Assembly (NCBI GenBank): GCA_964499135.1
Contig: CAZCIW010000005.1
Coordinates: forward strand, 2,921-66,920
Reading direction: 5' to 3'
Length of the DNA stretch: 64,000 bases
Source: an uncultured Muribaculaceae bacterium
Lineage (GTDB): Bacteria; Cyanobacteriota; Vampirovibrionia; Gastranaerophilales; Gastranaerophilaceae
This document shows positions 63,057-64,000 of the stretch, one piece after another. Numbering within the stretch: the first letter of the stretch is position 1; every line of letters begins with the position of its first letter. The translations under genes and the position numbers were made by a program. The notes beneath the pieces are model-generated. The model was not told the origin of the DNA. It worked only from the letters and a program-made list of their open reading frames with translations, and did not search any database.

Positions 63057-63905
63057 ATGTCAGTAAACTCATTGATGATGCCGTCTATGTATCCTTGGAT
63101 GTGTGATACTTACAGCAGTCAGGTTTTTTTAAACGATATGACAGGTTTGAATATATATACACCTCCGTTTAATTCTTGTTTTTGTCCTACATTTCCGATG
63201 ATGAATATGAACGACAGTATCTGGAATATGCCTTGTATGCCATGCATGCCGTCATTTACCGGAGATTGTAACGGAATGTCATCTTATTATCCGAATATGG
63301 ATAATTATTATGAAAAAATGATGGAAAATCAGGTTAAGTATCAACAGCAAACTCGTTCTGCCGATATTACCCTCAATGCCGCTCAAAGAAATATGCGTCA
63401 GAAAGGTTTGACATTGAATGAAAAAATACAACTTAATGAACAGGATCAAATCATGTCTGCGTTCAATGATTACGTAGAAGCTGCAAGACAGTATTATGGA
63501 GATGAAGGCAGTGATGAAGATTTAAAAAATACTGCACTTGATGCTTATCAACAACAGTTCAGCAAAACAATTCAAAAAGATATTCGTGAAAACGGAAGCA
63601 ATTCTCTATGGCACGGTTACAAAAAAGTAATCACTCTTGGTTACGCTGACGGTTGTAGTGCTGAAGATAATATTGCAAAAATTACCGGACAAAGGAAAGG
63701 TAAGATGGAATCATTAAAAGAATCCGCAGGAAGTGCTCTTGCCGGTACTACTTATGGGCTTGCGGCAGGTGGAATTCTTCAAAGTTCAAAAGTTGTTTCA
63801 AAAATTCCATACCTTTCTAAATCTCCAAAACTCTGGCTGGTAGCAGTAATTGGTACGGCAATAGGCTGGCTTGCAGGTAAAGTTATCGGTAAAGGCAGCA
63901 AATAG
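63057..63905 (+). CDS. hypothetical protein with Met/Pro/Cys-rich N-terminus and Gly-rich C-terminal hydrophobic helices
   Basis: SD GGAGG. MPCMPCMPSF-type N-terminus, a helical Q/E-rich middle, and a C-terminal AGTTYGLAAGGIL ... WLVAVIGTAIGWLAGKVIG. Confidence 0.5.
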   Translation: MSVNSLMMPSMYPWMCDTYSSQVFLNDMTGLNIYTPPFNSCFCPTFPMMNMNDSIWNMPCMPCMPSFTGDCNGMSSYYPNMDNYYEKMMENQVKYQQQTRSADITLNAAQRNMRQKGLTLNEKIQLNEQDQIMSAFNDYVEAARQYYGDEGSDEDLKNTALDAYQQQFSKTIQKDIRENGSNSLWHGYKKVITLGYADGCSAEDNIAKITGQRKGKMESLKESAGSALAGTTYGLAAGGILQSSKVVSKIPYLSKSPKLWLVAVIGTAIGWLAGKVIGKGSK

Positions 63906-63957
63906 TTTTTAATATAATTTTCCCAAATAGTGTAGATAATGTGTGTGTAATTTTACG

Positions 63958-63984
63958 GGTCTGAATTCTCAGACCTTTTTTATT
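63958..63984 (+). terminator. rho-independent terminator
   Basis: ggtctga-attc-tcagacc followed by TTTTTTATT. Confidence 0.7.
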
Positions 63985-64000
63985 GGGGTAAATAGGGGTA

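Overview
Low-GC (about one third G+C by eye, not computed), densely coding bacterial chromosomal segment. I count about 60 protein genes. I found no rRNA, tRNA or CRISPR array. Most genes are housekeeping: pilT-recO, deoC-metF, nifS-nifU, ldcA, dnaX, ribD, gshB, tsaD, obg-glmU, typA, glgA, dapL-type aminotransferase, ruvB, ribF, ftsEX, transketolase C-terminal subunit, miaA, gcvPB, and two sugar ABC permeases. Flagellar genes sit in two small groups: a fliJ / fliK-like / hook-rod gene cluster, and flhB with a FliA-like sigma factor. About 4 kb of accessory-looking genes separates them: a standalone Toprim protein, a Cys-His-Asp peptidase-like protein and a 5'-nucleotidase without a signal peptide. 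Flagellar export, a type IV pilus ATPase, an AsmA-like giant protein, LdcA, DapL and NifSU together suggest a motile diderm, possibly an uncultured low-GC lineage such as Melainabacteria-like organisms. That taxonomic guess is speculation. The left edge carries a decayed integrative element: an integrase fragment between 60-bp imperfect direct repeats, each followed by a terminator and a phased heptamer pair. The observations I rank highest are: (1) a recurrent TATAAT-N6-ATG geometry that implies leaderless mRNAs for several genes; (2) a 1164-aa multi-zinc-ribbon / degenerate cyclase-like / Walker-A-less STAND-like / TPR protein; (3) the orphan Toprim gene and its neighbouring peptidase-like and nucleotidase genes inside the flagellar region; (4) a roughly 48-residue repeat module shared by two secreted proteins; (5) two paralogous compact sigma factors; (6) a pseudo-receiver / degenerate GGDEF-like gene coupled to ftsEX. 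All functional calls rest on motifs I recognised by eye. No database search was run.
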